DNA of 64,000 nucleotides from Deltaproteobacteria bacterium. GTDB taxonomy: Bacteria; Desulfobacterota; Deferrimicrobia; Deferrimicrobiales; Deferrimicrobiaceae. A program made the position numbers and the translations under genes. Under the pieces are notes generated by a model, which worked only from the letters and a program-made list of their open reading frames with translations, was not told where the DNA came from and ran no database searches. Shown piece by piece: positions 48,011 to 57,694 of this stretch (position 1 is the first letter of the stretch; each line of letters starts with the position of its first letter). The DNA is taken from contig JACRMU010000007.1 in assembly GCA_016219515.1 (NCBI GenBank), forward strand, positions 40 through 64,039, given 5' to 3'.

Positions 48011-48795
48011 TTGCAGCATTTCGAGGAACGCCTGTATCCGGATCTTCGTGCGTCCGTCGAGGGGGCCGGGGACGTCGCCCTCCAGCGTGAGGACCGGCAG
48101 CCCGATCTCCTCGCGCAGGAGGATGTCCTCGATCTGCCGGAAGCAGAACGACTGGACGTAGTGCACGATCCCCCGCACGGCACGCCGACGAAGGCCACGG
48201 GAAGCAGGTCCCTGCGCGCGGGGCGCGTCCTCGCCTTCGCGAGAAACGCCTTGGCGCGCCGCTCGTACCGCGCGGGGTCCCCTTCGAAGTCGGAGCAATT
48301 GACGAGCCACAGGTGGTTTTCCTCTCCTGTGACCTTTCCTTCTTCCCAGGTGAGCCGGTCGATTTCGAGGACGATTCCGCGGGTGCCGTCCAGCCGCTTC
48401 TTCCACGCCTCCGCCCGTGCGACGGCGGTCCCGAGCCGCCGGGACATCTTGCGCAGTTCCATGGAGAGGAATTCGGGATCGCGGTCGAAGGGAAACGCGA
48501 AGGGGAGGACGCGGACCCCCCGGTAGGAGAGGACCTCCATCAGCGCCTGCGTGAAACTGCAGTCTCCCTGCGTGACGGCGATGACATCCCGGAAGCGGTG
48601 CCGCCGCGCGACCCCGTAGATCCCCTTGATCCAGCCGCAGCTGTTCCGGGGGAAGCCGTCCGATTCCGCCGCGCGAAGGTACTCCGCCGGCTGCCGGGAG
48701 GTGATGAAGCGGTTGTTGAGGTCGACGGGGACGTGGCCGCCCGCGAAGAGGACCTCCACCGGGATCGTGGTGGTGAAACCGATCCGCAGGATCAA
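48008..48795 (-). pseudogene. 2-hydroxyacyl-CoA dehydratase D-component (HgdB/HadC)-family protein, disrupted by a frameshift at a C5/G5 homopolymer
   Basis: N-terminal LILRIGFTTTIPVEVLFAGGHVPVDL motif (frame of 47470..49119 ORF). The C-terminal ...IVHYVQSFCFRQIEDILLREEIGLPVLTLEGD...RIQAFLEMLQ lies in the frame of 48008..48406. The frames meet at the C-run 48174..48178, and inserting one base gives a continuous ...AFVGVPCGGIVHYVQSFC... TTG start overlaps the upstream stop (TTGA). Confidence 0.5.
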
Positions 48796-49076
48796 TCTCC
48801 CTTGATGAAGAGAAAGTAGATCAGCACCACGGCGACCGCCAGGATGCCGCCGACGAAGGTCAGCATCTGCTGATCCAGGGGGGCCGATCCCGGGCCCAGG
48901 TTCACGTAACGGATAACGGCCAGGACCCCTCCCACCCCGAAGAGCAGAAGCAGGACGAACTTCGAGCGCATGAGAATCGCGCCGATGAAGATCACGGCGG
49001 CCAGGAAGAGCACCCGGGGGTCGGCGGCCAGTTCCGTGGCCTTTGCGCTGGTAAGGAAGTCGATGATTTCCGTCAT
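48792..49076 (-). CDS. Small integral membrane protein (two TM segments)
   Basis: 94 aa with hydrophobic segments AAVIFIGAILM and LLLLFGVGGVLAVI / GGILAVAVVLIYFLF. Coupled to the downstream HgdB-like gene. Confidence 0.45.
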   Translation of the reverse strand: MTEIIDFLTSAKATELAADPRVLFLAAVIFIGAILMRSKFVLLLLFGVGGVLAVIRYVNLGPGSAPLDQQMLTFVGGILAVAVVLIYFLFIKGD

Positions 49077-49159
49077 CGCGGCTCCTTCTTGCGGGCGCTG
49101 ATGTTGACAATCTTAACATAGCGTTTTAAGTTAGTAAAATCAAAGTCTTAGGAGAAAGC

Positions 49160-49954
49160 GTGGACCGGCCCATCGGAGTGTTCGATTCGGGAGTAGGCGG
49201 ACTGTCCGTTTTGAGGGAACTTATCAGGATGCTTCCCGGCGAAAGGTTCGTCTATCTGGGCGATACCGCGCGCGTGCCGTACGGCACCAAGTCGGGAGAA
49301 ACCATCACCCGCTATTCCATGGAGATCGCCAATTACCTCGTCACGCGGCACGACATCAAGATGCTGGTGGTGGCCTGCAACACGGCTTCCTCGCTGGCGC
49401 TGCCGTCTCTCCGGAAGATCTACAAGATCCCGGTCGTCGGGATGATCGACCCCTGCGTCCGGCGCGTCGCCGCTCTTGCGAAGCGGGAAGCCATCGGGGT
49501 GATCGGCACTTCGGGGACGATCCGGTCGGGAGCGTACGAGCAGGCGCTCCGACTCGCCGTGCCGAAGGCGCGCATCCGCTGCCGGCCGTGCCCGCTCCTC
49601 GTCTCGCTGGCGGAGGAGGGATGGGTGGAGAAGCCGGTCACCCGCGACGTGATCGCGGAATACCTGGCTCCGTTCCGCGAGGATCCCCCGGATGCCCTCA
49701 TCCTGGGATGCACGCATTACCCCATCCTGAAGAAGCCGATCGGGAGTTTCCTCGGAAACGACACCGTCCTTATCGACTCCGGCGAGGAGGCGGCCCGGGT
49801 CGTCGACACCCTCGTTTCCGAAAGCGGCGTCCGGCGGAACCGGGGGTCTTCCGAAGTGCGCTTCCTGGTCACCGACGATCCCGAGCATTTCGCCCGCGTG
49901 GGGGAAGCGTTCCTGGGCGGGGGGATCGCGGACGTGGCGAGCGTCTCGCTTTGA
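49160..49954 (+). CDS. murI: Glutamate racemase
   Basis: IGVFDSGVGGLSVLREL...VVACNTASS...LGCTHYP motifs. Confidence 0.85.
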   Translation: MDRPIGVFDSGVGGLSVLRELIRMLPGERFVYLGDTARVPYGTKSGETITRYSMEIANYLVTRHDIKMLVVACNTASSLALPSLRKIYKIPVVGMIDPCVRRVAALAKREAIGVIGTSGTIRSGAYEQALRLAVPKARIRCRPCPLLVSLAEEGWVEKPVTRDVIAEYLAPFREDPPDALILGCTHYPILKKPIGSFLGNDTVLIDSGEEAARVVDTLVSESGVRRNRGSSEVRFLVTDDPEHFARVGEAFLGGGIADVASVSL

Positions 49955-50064
49955 AATGCGCCGCCGGATGGGGGAGACCCGGAAAGATCCCTCTTGCCGT
50001 CCCGGAGGGGGACGTCCACGATAGAAGGAAGAGCGCCGCGCAAGGAGATTCGAGGAAGCCGCCC

Positions 50065-50361
50065 ATGAAACCGCGCGTACGGATGCTTTCGGGGTTCAAC
50101 CACAACCTGAAATACAAGGGGAAGGTTTACCATATCCAGACCGAGGACGGGGGGAAGGACAATCCCCGGATCATCACCCATGCCTTCCTGGGAGGGGTCA
50201 TCCTGGACACCGTCCGCCGGCCCTATGACGATCTTCTCGGGGACCCGGACTGGCAGGATGCCCTGCGCACCCGCATGAAGGCGCAGCACCTGGAGGAGAT
50301 CCGCAGGCTGTTTTCGGGGGCGTTCGACGCCGGGGGGGAGACTCCCTCGAACCATGATTGA
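50065..50361 (+). CDS. Small hypothetical protein (98 aa)
   Basis: ATG with a GAGG upstream and coding-like codon usage. No recognisable domain (MKPRVRMLSGFNHNLKYKGKVYHIQTEDGG...). Confidence 0.4.
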   Translation: MKPRVRMLSGFNHNLKYKGKVYHIQTEDGGKDNPRIITHAFLGGVILDTVRRPYDDLLGDPDWQDALRTRMKAQHLEEIRRLFSGAFDAGGETPSNHD

Positions 50362-51040
50362 AGCGTTTCACGTCGGAGCGGTCTCCCGGGACCGGACGCT
50401 CTGGGACGGCCTGGACATGGCCTTCGACGACGGCGAGGTGTGCGTCGTCACCGGGCCGGCGGGGTGCGGGAAGTCCCTCCTGCTGCGGGTCCTCCGCGGA
50501 GAGCGCCGCCCGGACGCGGGAGACGTCGTGGCGGGCGGGGTTTCCCTTTACCGCGGGGCGCCGGAGGAAGCCGGGGCGTTCCGCGCCGCTTCGGGCGTGG
50601 TGCCCGAATCGTTCCCCTCCGTGGCGGGCCGGTCGGTCCGGGATCTCTTCCTTCTTTCCGAAACCGCGGGAGAAAGGGTCCCGGAGAAGGAACGGAAGGA
50701 ACGGCGGGAGGAACTGCTGTCGCTGATGGGGATGCCGGGAGCGCTGGACTGGAAGCTTTCCTCCCTCTCCGTGACGGAGAGGGCGAGGGTTGCGCTGGCG
50801 GCGGAGCTGCTTCGCGGCCCGAAGTACCTTTTCGCGGACATGCTGGTCGCAAACGCCGGAGGCGAGTGGACGGACATGCTGGGAGGACTGTTCCGGGCGC
50901 TTGCGCGGGAAGGGAAGACCGTCGTGCTCGCGGAGAGGACCTTCCCGGAACGGTGGAAGGCCAGGGGGGGCGGGGAAGGGACCGCAAAGGGGCCGTTCCG
51001 CCTGTTCCGGATCGCCGTTCCCGGGGAAAGCACGGCATGA
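50354..51040 (+). CDS. ftsE: FtsE-like ABC transporter ATP-binding protein (partly degenerate)
   Basis: Walker A VTGPAGCGKSLLLRVL. Lies upstream of an FtsX-like permease and an EnvC-like protein. Signature and Walker B are weakly conserved. Confidence 0.6.
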   Translation: MIEAFHVGAVSRDRTLWDGLDMAFDDGEVCVVTGPAGCGKSLLLRVLRGERRPDAGDVVAGGVSLYRGAPEEAGAFRAASGVVPESFPSVAGRSVRDLFLLSETAGERVPEKERKERREELLSLMGMPGALDWKLSSLSVTERARVALAAELLRGPKYLFADMLVANAGGEWTDMLGGLFRALAREGKTVVLAERTFPERWKARGGGEGTAKGPFRLFRIAVPGESTA

Positions 51041-51924
51041 GCGGCTTCTCCCTCTGGTGGATCGACGGGAAGCTGCTGCCGGGAGCGTTCCTCCGGGAGG
51101 CGGCGGGAAGGTTCCTCCTGCTTCTCCTTCTCGGGGCGTATTTCGTTGCGATGCTCCTGTCGGGCGGGATGAACCGCTACCTCTCCGAGCGGTGGGCCGT
51201 CACCGCCGTGCTCCGGCCTTCGGTGACGGACGCGGAGGGAGAGGGGATCGCGAAGAAGGCCGCCGGCCTGCCGGGGGTGCAGTCCGCCGTATACAAGGAC
51301 CCGGAGGCCTCCTGGAAGGAATTCCTCGAGGCATACCCGGGGCTGGAGACGCTGCGGACGGCGGGGGGGACCCCGCTTCCCGGGTACGTCGAGATCCGCA
51401 TGCGGCCCGACCGGTTCGCGGAAGCGGACATCCGGTCGACGGAGGCGGTCCTTGCCGCTCTTCCCGAAGTGGAGAAGATCCTTTCGGGAGCGGAGATCCT
51501 GAAGGGGATTCTCCGCGTGAACCTGTGGGTGAACGTCCTCTTCCGGGCCGGTTTCGGCGTTCTCGCCGCCGTGGCGTTCCTGCTCTTTTATCTTCAGGAA
51601 AAGGGGCGCGCGACGGCCCTTTCCGGCGATTTCGATTTCCTGAGGGACCGGGGGATTCCCTCCCGGCGCATCGCGCTCTCCCGCGCCGCGGGGGCGGCGT
51701 TGGCCGCCGGCGTCCTCTCCCTGGCCGCCACGGCGGCATCCGTCTCCGTCCTCTTCCTGCTGGAGGCCCGGCTGCCGTTGCTCCGCAGGGTGATCGGGCC
51801 CGCGGGGGAGATCCTGAACCTGCCGTTCATCGTTCCGCTGGCCATTTTCCTTCTGGCCGTTGCGGCCCTTTCCGGCGGAGCGTCCCTCCTGGGGTGGCGC
51901 GCAGCGCAGTCCCGCCGAAAATGA
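51037..51924 (+). CDS. ftsX: FtsX-like cell-division permease
   Basis: ATG overlaps the ftsE stop. N-terminal TM, a large periplasmic domain and three C-terminal TM helices. Followed by an EnvC-like gene. Confidence 0.65.
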   Translation: MSGFSLWWIDGKLLPGAFLREAAGRFLLLLLLGAYFVAMLLSGGMNRYLSERWAVTAVLRPSVTDAEGEGIAKKAAGLPGVQSAVYKDPEASWKEFLEAYPGLETLRTAGGTPLPGYVEIRMRPDRFAEADIRSTEAVLAALPEVEKILSGAEILKGILRVNLWVNVLFRAGFGVLAAVAFLLFYLQEKGRATALSGDFDFLRDRGIPSRRIALSRAAGAALAAGVLSLAATAASVSVLFLLEARLPLLRRVIGPAGEILNLPFIVPLAIFLLAVAALSGGASLLGWRAAQSRRK

Positions 51925-52436
51925 TCGTACCGGTTCTTCTCGCCAGAGTCGCGGCCTGCCTTGCCGCGTGCCTTCTCCTCGCCGCGCCGTCCCACGCAGC
52001 GGATCTGTCCTCCCGGCTTGGAAAGGAGAAGGCCCGTCTCGAGGAGATGAAGAAAAAGGCCGAGAAGACGGCGGCGGAGCTTGCGGAAACGCTGCGGCGG
52101 GAAAAGATGAGCCGGAGCAGGGTGGGCGAATTCGAGGCGCGGCTGGCGAAGCAGCGGAAGCTGATCGCGCGGATCGACCGCAAGCTCTCCCTCCTCGGCG
52201 GCCAGATGGACCGGACGGAGCGGGAGGTCCGGGCGCTCGACGAGGAGCGGGGCAGGGTGCGATGGACCCTTTCCTCGGTGACGGGGGAACTGTTCGCGGG
52301 AGAGCGGACAAGGGCCCGGATCCCGGCGGAAAGCGCTCCCGGCCTGCGAAGGCGGTACTTCGCACGGAGGATCCTCGGGGAAGAGCTGGCCCGGTACGGG
52401 CGCCTGACGGCCGACGAACGGCTGGCCACGCAGTAG
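51921..52436 (+). CDS. EnvC-like coiled-coil murein hydrolase activator, N-terminal part ending at an in-frame TAG
   Basis: ATG overlaps the ftsX stop (ATGA). Signal peptide, then a coiled coil (KARLEEMKKKAEKTAAELAETLRREK...). The TAG at 52434..52436 is followed in the same frame by more coiled coil and an M23 domain. Confidence 0.6.
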   Translation: MIVPVLLARVAACLAACLLLAAPSHAADLSSRLGKEKARLEEMKKKAEKTAAELAETLRREKMSRSRVGEFEARLAKQRKLIARIDRKLSLLGGQMDRTEREVRALDEERGRVRWTLSSVTGELFAGERTRARIPAESAPGLRRRYFARRILGEELARYGRLTADERLATQ

Positions 52437-52526
52437 GAGGAGGAGCGCCGGCGGCTTTCGGAGATCGAGAAAAAGAAAAAGGAGAAGGCCAAGGAGCTTC
52501 GCGCCCTGAAGGCCCGGATCGCGCGG

Positions 52527-53024
52527 ATGGAGACGCTCGTTTCGCGGATCGAGCGCCGGGCGGGAGAGAGGGAAAAGGAGAGGCGGGTGAAGGAACCCCG
52601 CAAAGCGGGCCCCGAGCGGTTTTCCGGCGTCTCCGGGGGGCTGTTCCCCCCGCTCGCAGGAAAGGTGGTGGGAAAGTTCGGGAAGCAGCGGGACCCGGTC
52701 TTCGACGTGGTGGTGGAGAACCGGGGGGTGGAGATCGAAGCTCCCTCCGGCGCCGTCATCCATGCGGTCGGCAAGGGAGAAGTCGTCTTCACCGGCGGCG
52801 TGTCGGGATTCGGGCGGGTCCTCATTCTCCAGCACGGCAGCGGGCTTTTCTCGGTCTACGGGAAAGCGGCCGGCTTTTCCGTGAAGCAGGGGCAGGCGGT
52901 CGCCGCGCGAGAGGCCGTGGGGCAACTGCCGGAGAGCCCCGACGGGAAATCGGTGCTATACTTGGAACTCAGGGCCGCGGGGACCGCCATCGATCCTTCC
53001 ACGGTGCTACCCCTTTCCCGGTAA
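52527..53024 (+). CDS. M23/LytM-domain protein (C-terminal part of EnvC-like protein, same frame as 51921..52436)
   Basis: ...GVEIEAPSGAVIHAVGKGEVVFTGGVSGFGRVLILQHGSGLFSVYG... LytM fold. The first ATG after the in-frame TAG is at 52527. Confidence 0.55.
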   Translation: METLVSRIERRAGEREKERRVKEPRKAGPERFSGVSGGLFPPLAGKVVGKFGKQRDPVFDVVVENRGVEIEAPSGAVIHAVGKGEVVFTGGVSGFGRVLILQHGSGLFSVYGKAAGFSVKQGQAVAAREAVGQLPESPDGKSVLYLELRAAGTAIDPSTVLPLSR

Positions 53025-53066
53025 GGCGCGCGCAGGAACCATAGAACGAATCGCAGGAGGCGTACG

Positions 53067-54482
53067 ATGAAAGGCAGGAAATGGCTGGGCCCCGCGGCGG
53101 TTCTCTTCGTCTTTTTCGTGGGGTTCGTCTCTGGAGATCTCATCGCTTCCCGCCACGCGGCGCAGGCCAATGTCGCGTTCGGAAAGCTCAAGACGTTCGG
53201 CGACGTCCTCTCCCAGGTCCAGATGAGCTACGTCGAGGAACCCAACGTCGACGAGCTGGTCAACGGCGCCATCAAGGGAATGCTCCAGACGCTGGACCCG
53301 CACAGTTCCTACCTTACGCCGGACATGCTGAAGCAGGTGGAAGTCGAGACCAAGGGCAGTTTCGGGGGCCTCGGCATCGAGATCGGAATCAAGGACGGGA
53401 TCCTGACGGTCATCTCCCCGATCGAGGACACCCCCGCGTTCCGCGCGGGACTCCAGGCGGGGGACAAGATCGTCCGGATCGAGAACGAGCCGACCCGTGA
53501 AATGAACGTAATGGACGCGGTGAAGAAGCTGCGCGGCGAGCCGGGGACGAAGGTGACGATTTCGATCGTGCGGGAAGGGTTGACCGAACCCAAGCCGTAC
53601 ACCATTACCCGGGACATCATCAAGATCCGGAGCGTCAAGGCGAAAACGATGGGCGACGGGATCGGCTACATCCGTCTGACCCAGTTCCAGCAGGATACCG
53701 ACGGCGAGCTGGAGAAGGCGCTCCAGCAGCAATCGAAGGAGAAGGGAGGGCTGAAAGGGCTGGTGCTGGACCTGCGGAACAACCCCGGAGGCCTTCTCGA
53801 CCAGGCGGTGAAGGTGGCCGACAGGTTCCTGGAATCGGGCCTCATCGTCTACACGGACGGGCGCCTCGAAAACCAGAAGTACAAGTACTTCGCCCACAAG
53901 GAAGGGACCTTCGCCGGGTTCCCGATCGTGGTGCTGGTGAACGCGGGATCCGCCTCCGCGTCGGAGATCGTCGCCGGAGCGCTCCAGGACCACGGGCGCG
54001 CGATCGTCCTGGGGACGCAGACCTTCGGAAAAGGGTCCGTCCAGACCATCATTCCGATGGAGGACGGCTCGGCGATCCGGCTGACCACGGCCCGGTACTT
54101 CACGCCGAACGGACGGTCCATCCAGGCGAAGGGGATCGAGCCGGACATCGCGGTCGCCGACGGCCGGGAGGTCGTCGAGGGGCACGGAGGTCCGCTCCGG
54201 GAGAAGGATATCGAGCGGCACCTGAAGGGAGACGGCGAGGGGAAGGAAAGTCCCGGATCTTCCGCGGCGCCGCCCGCTCCGAAGGGGAAGAAAGAGGAGC
54301 CTTCGAGCAGGAAAAACGGGAAAAGCGATAAGAGCGTGAAGAACGGAAGGAAAGAGACGGCGGAAGGCGGAGAGGCGCGGAAGGAAGACCCAAAGGATCC
54401 CCAGCTCGAAAGGGCGGTGGAACTCCTGAAGGGGTGGGAGATCTTCAAGTCGCGCTTCATCGACAAGTCCAAGCCGTCCTGA
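53067..54482 (+). CDS. ctpA: Carboxyl-terminal processing protease (S41, PDZ-containing)
   Basis: ...GGLGIEIGIKDGILTVISPIEDTPAFRAGLQAGDKIV (PDZ)...GLVLDLRNNPGG...VLVNAGSASASEIVAGALQD... Confidence 0.85.
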   Translation: MKGRKWLGPAAVLFVFFVGFVSGDLIASRHAAQANVAFGKLKTFGDVLSQVQMSYVEEPNVDELVNGAIKGMLQTLDPHSSYLTPDMLKQVEVETKGSFGGLGIEIGIKDGILTVISPIEDTPAFRAGLQAGDKIVRIENEPTREMNVMDAVKKLRGEPGTKVTISIVREGLTEPKPYTITRDIIKIRSVKAKTMGDGIGYIRLTQFQQDTDGELEKALQQQSKEKGGLKGLVLDLRNNPGGLLDQAVKVADRFLESGLIVYTDGRLENQKYKYFAHKEGTFAGFPIVVLVNAGSASASEIVAGALQDHGRAIVLGTQTFGKGSVQTIIPMEDGSAIRLTTARYFTPNGRSIQAKGIEPDIAVADGREVVEGHGGPLREKDIERHLKGDGEGKESPGSSAAPPAPKGKKEEPSSRKNGKSDKSVKNGRKETAEGGEARKEDPKDPQLERAVELLKGWEIFKSRFIDKSKPS

Positions 54483-54500
54483 AGCGGCGCCCGGTGAGAA

Positions 54501-55382
54501 TTGCGGGTTAAGGAGCGGGAGAGCAGGAGAGGGTTTCGGTGGGGAATGCTGATGGGCGGAGCGTTCCTTGCCGGCCTTCTGGCGGCGGGCGTGGCGATCT
54601 TCCTGCCGGGCCGGGGGGACAGGGAGCAGGGGCCCGTTTCGTCGTCCTTCGCTCCGCCGTCTCCGTTGCCACAACCGGTTTCCCCGCCTGCCGGGCCGTC
54701 CCTCGCATCCCGGCTCGCCATCGTGGTGGACGACCTGGGCTACGAGCCCTCCCTGGACGCCGAGTGGCTGAAACTCCCCGGGAAAGCCACCGTGGCCGTC
54801 CTTCCGTTCGGCCCTTCCTCCAGGAAAGTCGCGGAATCCGCGCGCGCCCGCGGGTGGGGGGTGATCCTCCACGTCCCGATGGAGCCGGAAAGTCCGGCCT
54901 CCGACCGGACGGAACGGTTCCGCATCCGCAGGGGGATGTCGGGGGAGGAGATCGAATCCCTTCTGAACCGGATGGCCGAGAGCCTCCCCCAGGCGACGGG
55001 CGCCAGCAACCACATGGGCTCCGCCGCCACCTCCGACCCTGCGACGATGGCTGCGTTCGCCTCCGCGCTGAAGAAGAGGGGGCTTTACCTGCTGGACAGC
55101 ATGACGACCCCGCGGTCCGTGGCGCTCGACGCCGCGCGCAACGCCGGAATCCCCGCCGCAAGAAGGGACGTCTTTCTCGACCCCGGCTTTTCGCCCGAGG
55201 AGATGCGGCGCCAGTGGGACCAGGCGGTCGCCATCGCCCGGGAGAAAGGGGCGGCGGTCCTCATCTGCCACGGAAAGGCGGAAACCCTGCGGATGATCGT
55301 CGACCTGCTCCCCCGCCTGAAGGAGGAAAACGTCGAGGCCGTGACCCTCGATGAGCTGCTCCGCGCGGGGAAGGAGGCGTAA
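54501..55382 (+). CDS. Divergent polysaccharide deacetylase family protein (YibQ-like)
   Basis: TM anchor. ...LAIVVDDLGYEP...ATVAVLPF...VILHVPMEP...SNHMGS... Confidence 0.6.
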   Translation: MRVKERESRRGFRWGMLMGGAFLAGLLAAGVAIFLPGRGDREQGPVSSSFAPPSPLPQPVSPPAGPSLASRLAIVVDDLGYEPSLDAEWLKLPGKATVAVLPFGPSSRKVAESARARGWGVILHVPMEPESPASDRTERFRIRRGMSGEEIESLLNRMAESLPQATGASNHMGSAATSDPATMAAFASALKKRGLYLLDSMTTPRSVALDAARNAGIPAARRDVFLDPGFSPEEMRRQWDQAVAIAREKGAAVLICHGKAETLRMIVDLLPRLKEENVEAVTLDELLRAGKEA

Positions 55383-55384
55383 AC

Positions 55385-56725
55385 GTGGAGCAGGAGCCCC
55401 GGCGCGGCGTCCTCACCGTTTCCGAGCTGACGGAGCGCATCAAGACCTGCCTGGAAGGGGAGTTCCGCTCCGTCCGCGTGGAGGGCGAAGTCTCCAATTA
55501 CAAGCTCTACCCCTCCGGCCACCGGTATTTCTCCCTCAAGGACGAGGGCGCCCAGGTCCGCGTGGTGCTGTTCCGCGGGAGGGAACGCTTCATCTTCGGA
55601 GAGGTGCGCGACGGCCAGACGGTGGTGGTTTCCGGCTCCCTGGGGGTTTACGAGAAAAAGGGGGAGTACCAGATCTACGCGCAGTCCGTGGAAGTTCGCG
55701 GTCTCGGCAGCCTGCTCCTCGAGCTGGAGAAACGGAAGGCCCGGCTGGCCGCGGAAGGGCTGTTCGATCCGGAGCGGAAAAGGCCGCTTCCCCCGTTCCC
55801 GGAGCGGATCGGGATCGTGACTTCACGGCAAGGGGCGGTGCTTCGGGACATGGTCCGCGTGGCGCGGAGCCGGTGGCCCGCCGTCGGCATCGTCCTCGCG
55901 CCGGCCCAGGTGCAGGGGGAAGGCGCGGCACAGGACATCGCGGCGGCGCTTGCCGCGCTCTACGCGCGGGGAGGCGCCGACCTGGTCATCGTCGGCCGCG
56001 GAGGCGGGTCGGTGGAGGACCTCTGGGCGTTCAACGAAGAGGCGGTGGTCCGGGCGATCGTCGCCTCTCCCGTTCCGACGATCAGCGCCGTCGGGCACGA
56101 AACCGACTTCACCCTTGCCGATCTCGCGGCGGACCTCCGCGCCCCGACGCCGACCGCCGCCGCGCAGATGGCCGTCCCCGACCGGATGGAGACGGCGGAG
56201 CGCGTCTCCGGCCTCGCGTTGCGGGCAAGGAGGGCGGAACGGAACCTGCGGGAGACGTTGCGCAGGGAGCTGCGCATCGCCGCGGGCGCCATGGCCGACC
56301 CCAGGCCCCACGTGCAGGCGCGCCGGTACGAGCTGGCGAAGGAAACGGACGCGCTGGTCCTTGGGGCGCAGGAGGTCCTTCGAAGGGGACGGGAGCGGCT
56401 GCTGACCCTGGCCCACGAGCTTCGTCTCCTCCCTCCGTCCGCCTGGGTATCGCGGAAGCGGGGAGAAGTGGCCGCTCTCCAGGAGCGGGCGGGCAGGCGG
56501 ATCTCCGCGGCGCGGGAGGAGCCGCGCCGAAGACTCGGCATGTTCCAGGGGAAGTTATCCGCGCTCGACCCCACGGCCGTGCTTTCGAGGGGGTACGCGA
56601 TCGCCGTGCGAAGGTCTTCCGGCGCCGCGGTGCGTTCCGTCAGGGAGGCCGTGCCGGGCGAGAAGCTCGACGTCCGGGTGTCCGATGGAATTTTCGGGGC
56701 CGTCGTGGAAAGGGAAAAGTCGTGA
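55385..56725 (+). CDS. xseA: Exodeoxyribonuclease VII large subunit
   Basis: LTVSELTERIKTCLEGEFRSVRVEGEVSNYKLYPSGHRYFSLKDEGAQVRVVLFRG OB-fold N-terminus, ...IGIVTSRQGAVLRDMV... catalytic region. Confidence 0.85.
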   Translation: MEQEPRRGVLTVSELTERIKTCLEGEFRSVRVEGEVSNYKLYPSGHRYFSLKDEGAQVRVVLFRGRERFIFGEVRDGQTVVVSGSLGVYEKKGEYQIYAQSVEVRGLGSLLLELEKRKARLAAEGLFDPERKRPLPPFPERIGIVTSRQGAVLRDMVRVARSRWPAVGIVLAPAQVQGEGAAQDIAAALAALYARGGADLVIVGRGGGSVEDLWAFNEEAVVRAIVASPVPTISAVGHETDFTLADLAADLRAPTPTAAAQMAVPDRMETAERVSGLALRARRAERNLRETLRRELRIAAGAMADPRPHVQARRYELAKETDALVLGAQEVLRRGRERLLTLAHELRLLPPSAWVSRKRGEVAALQERAGRRISAAREEPRRRLGMFQGKLSALDPTAVLSRGYAIAVRRSSGAAVRSVREAVPGEKLDVRVSDGIFGAVVEREKS

Positions 56726-57636
56726 AGAAGGCCGTTCTTTCGGTGGCGCTTCTTCTTTTTCCCCTGATCGGTTTTGCAAGCGAAAGTCCGCCGGCGCAGT
56801 CTCCCCTTCCTTCCGCCGGAGCGGACGCCGCCCCGCGGGCGGAGCCCCTTGCCGTTTCCGTTTCCGCTTCTTCCCCGAGACAGGGGGATCCGGTGCTCAT
56901 CGAGGCCAGGGCCGTCTCTCCGGCGGACAACGCGTCGGTGGCCTGGAAGGGCCGCACGCTCCCGATGAAGGAAGCGGGAGGGGGGCGTTTCCTTGCGCTG
57001 ATCGGCGTCGACCTGGCGGAGCCCCCCGGAAAGGTTTCCCTCTCGGTCCTTGCAACCGCCGGAGGCGGCGTCCTTCGGTCCGACCTGGAGCTGACGGTGG
57101 TCGAAAGGGCGTTCCCGGTGCAGGAGCTTACCCTGCCGAAGAGGATGGCGGAGTTCGATGCGGCCACGCTGGAGAGGATCCGCGGGGAGGCCGGGATCCT
57201 TGAAAAACGGTTCTCCGCCGTGTCGCCGCCGGCGTGGGACGTTCCGTGCCTCCCGCCGGTCAAGGAGTTCCGCCCCACCGGTTTCGGCGCGCGAAGGGTG
57301 ATCAACGGGGAGCCGCGCAGTCCCCACGCGGCGGTGGACGTTCATCTCCCCGAGGGGACGCCCGTGTCGGCCATCGCATCGGGGACCGTCGCCTTCGCCG
57401 GGGAGCAATTCTTCGGGGGGCGGTCCGTGGTGGTGGACCACGGCGGCGGCCTGTTCAGTCTCTATTATCATCTCCGGGAATACCTCGTGTCGGAGGGGCA
57501 GCGCGTGGCGAAGGGGGAACGGATCGGCGCGGTGGGATCGAGCGGACGCGCCACGGGGCCGCACCTGCACTTCGGCGTTCGGGCGGCCGGAGGCCGGATC
57601 GATCCGTCGCTCCTCTTCGAGCAACCTTTTCGTTGA
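56722..57636 (+). CDS. M23-family metallopeptidase
   Basis: GTG overlaps the xseA stop. Signal peptide. ...HAAVDVHLPEGTPVSAIASGTVAFAG...GPHLHFGVR... Confidence 0.8.
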   Translation: MKKAVLSVALLLFPLIGFASESPPAQSPLPSAGADAAPRAEPLAVSVSASSPRQGDPVLIEARAVSPADNASVAWKGRTLPMKEAGGGRFLALIGVDLAEPPGKVSLSVLATAGGGVLRSDLELTVVERAFPVQELTLPKRMAEFDAATLERIRGEAGILEKRFSAVSPPAWDVPCLPPVKEFRPTGFGARRVINGEPRSPHAAVDVHLPEGTPVSAIASGTVAFAGEQFFGGRSVVVDHGGGLFSLYYHLREYLVSEGQRVAKGERIGAVGSSGRATGPHLHFGVRAAGGRIDPSLLFEQPFR

Positions 57637-57670
57637 CCCCCTGCAAGACGGGGCGCTATATCTATATAAT
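57633..57670 (+). promoter_or_regulatory. Candidate promoter upstream of xseB-ispA-dxs (TTGACC-N18-TATATC, with TATAAT 8 bp further on) embedded in an imperfect inverted repeat
   Basis: TTGACC at 57633..57638, TATATC at 57657..57662, TATAAT at 57665..57670. CCCCTGCAAG at ~57638..57647 and CTTGCAGAGGG at ~57681..57691 flank the AT-rich core. Confidence 0.35.
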
Positions 57671-57694
57671 TAAGGATCGGCTTGCAGAGGGAAT

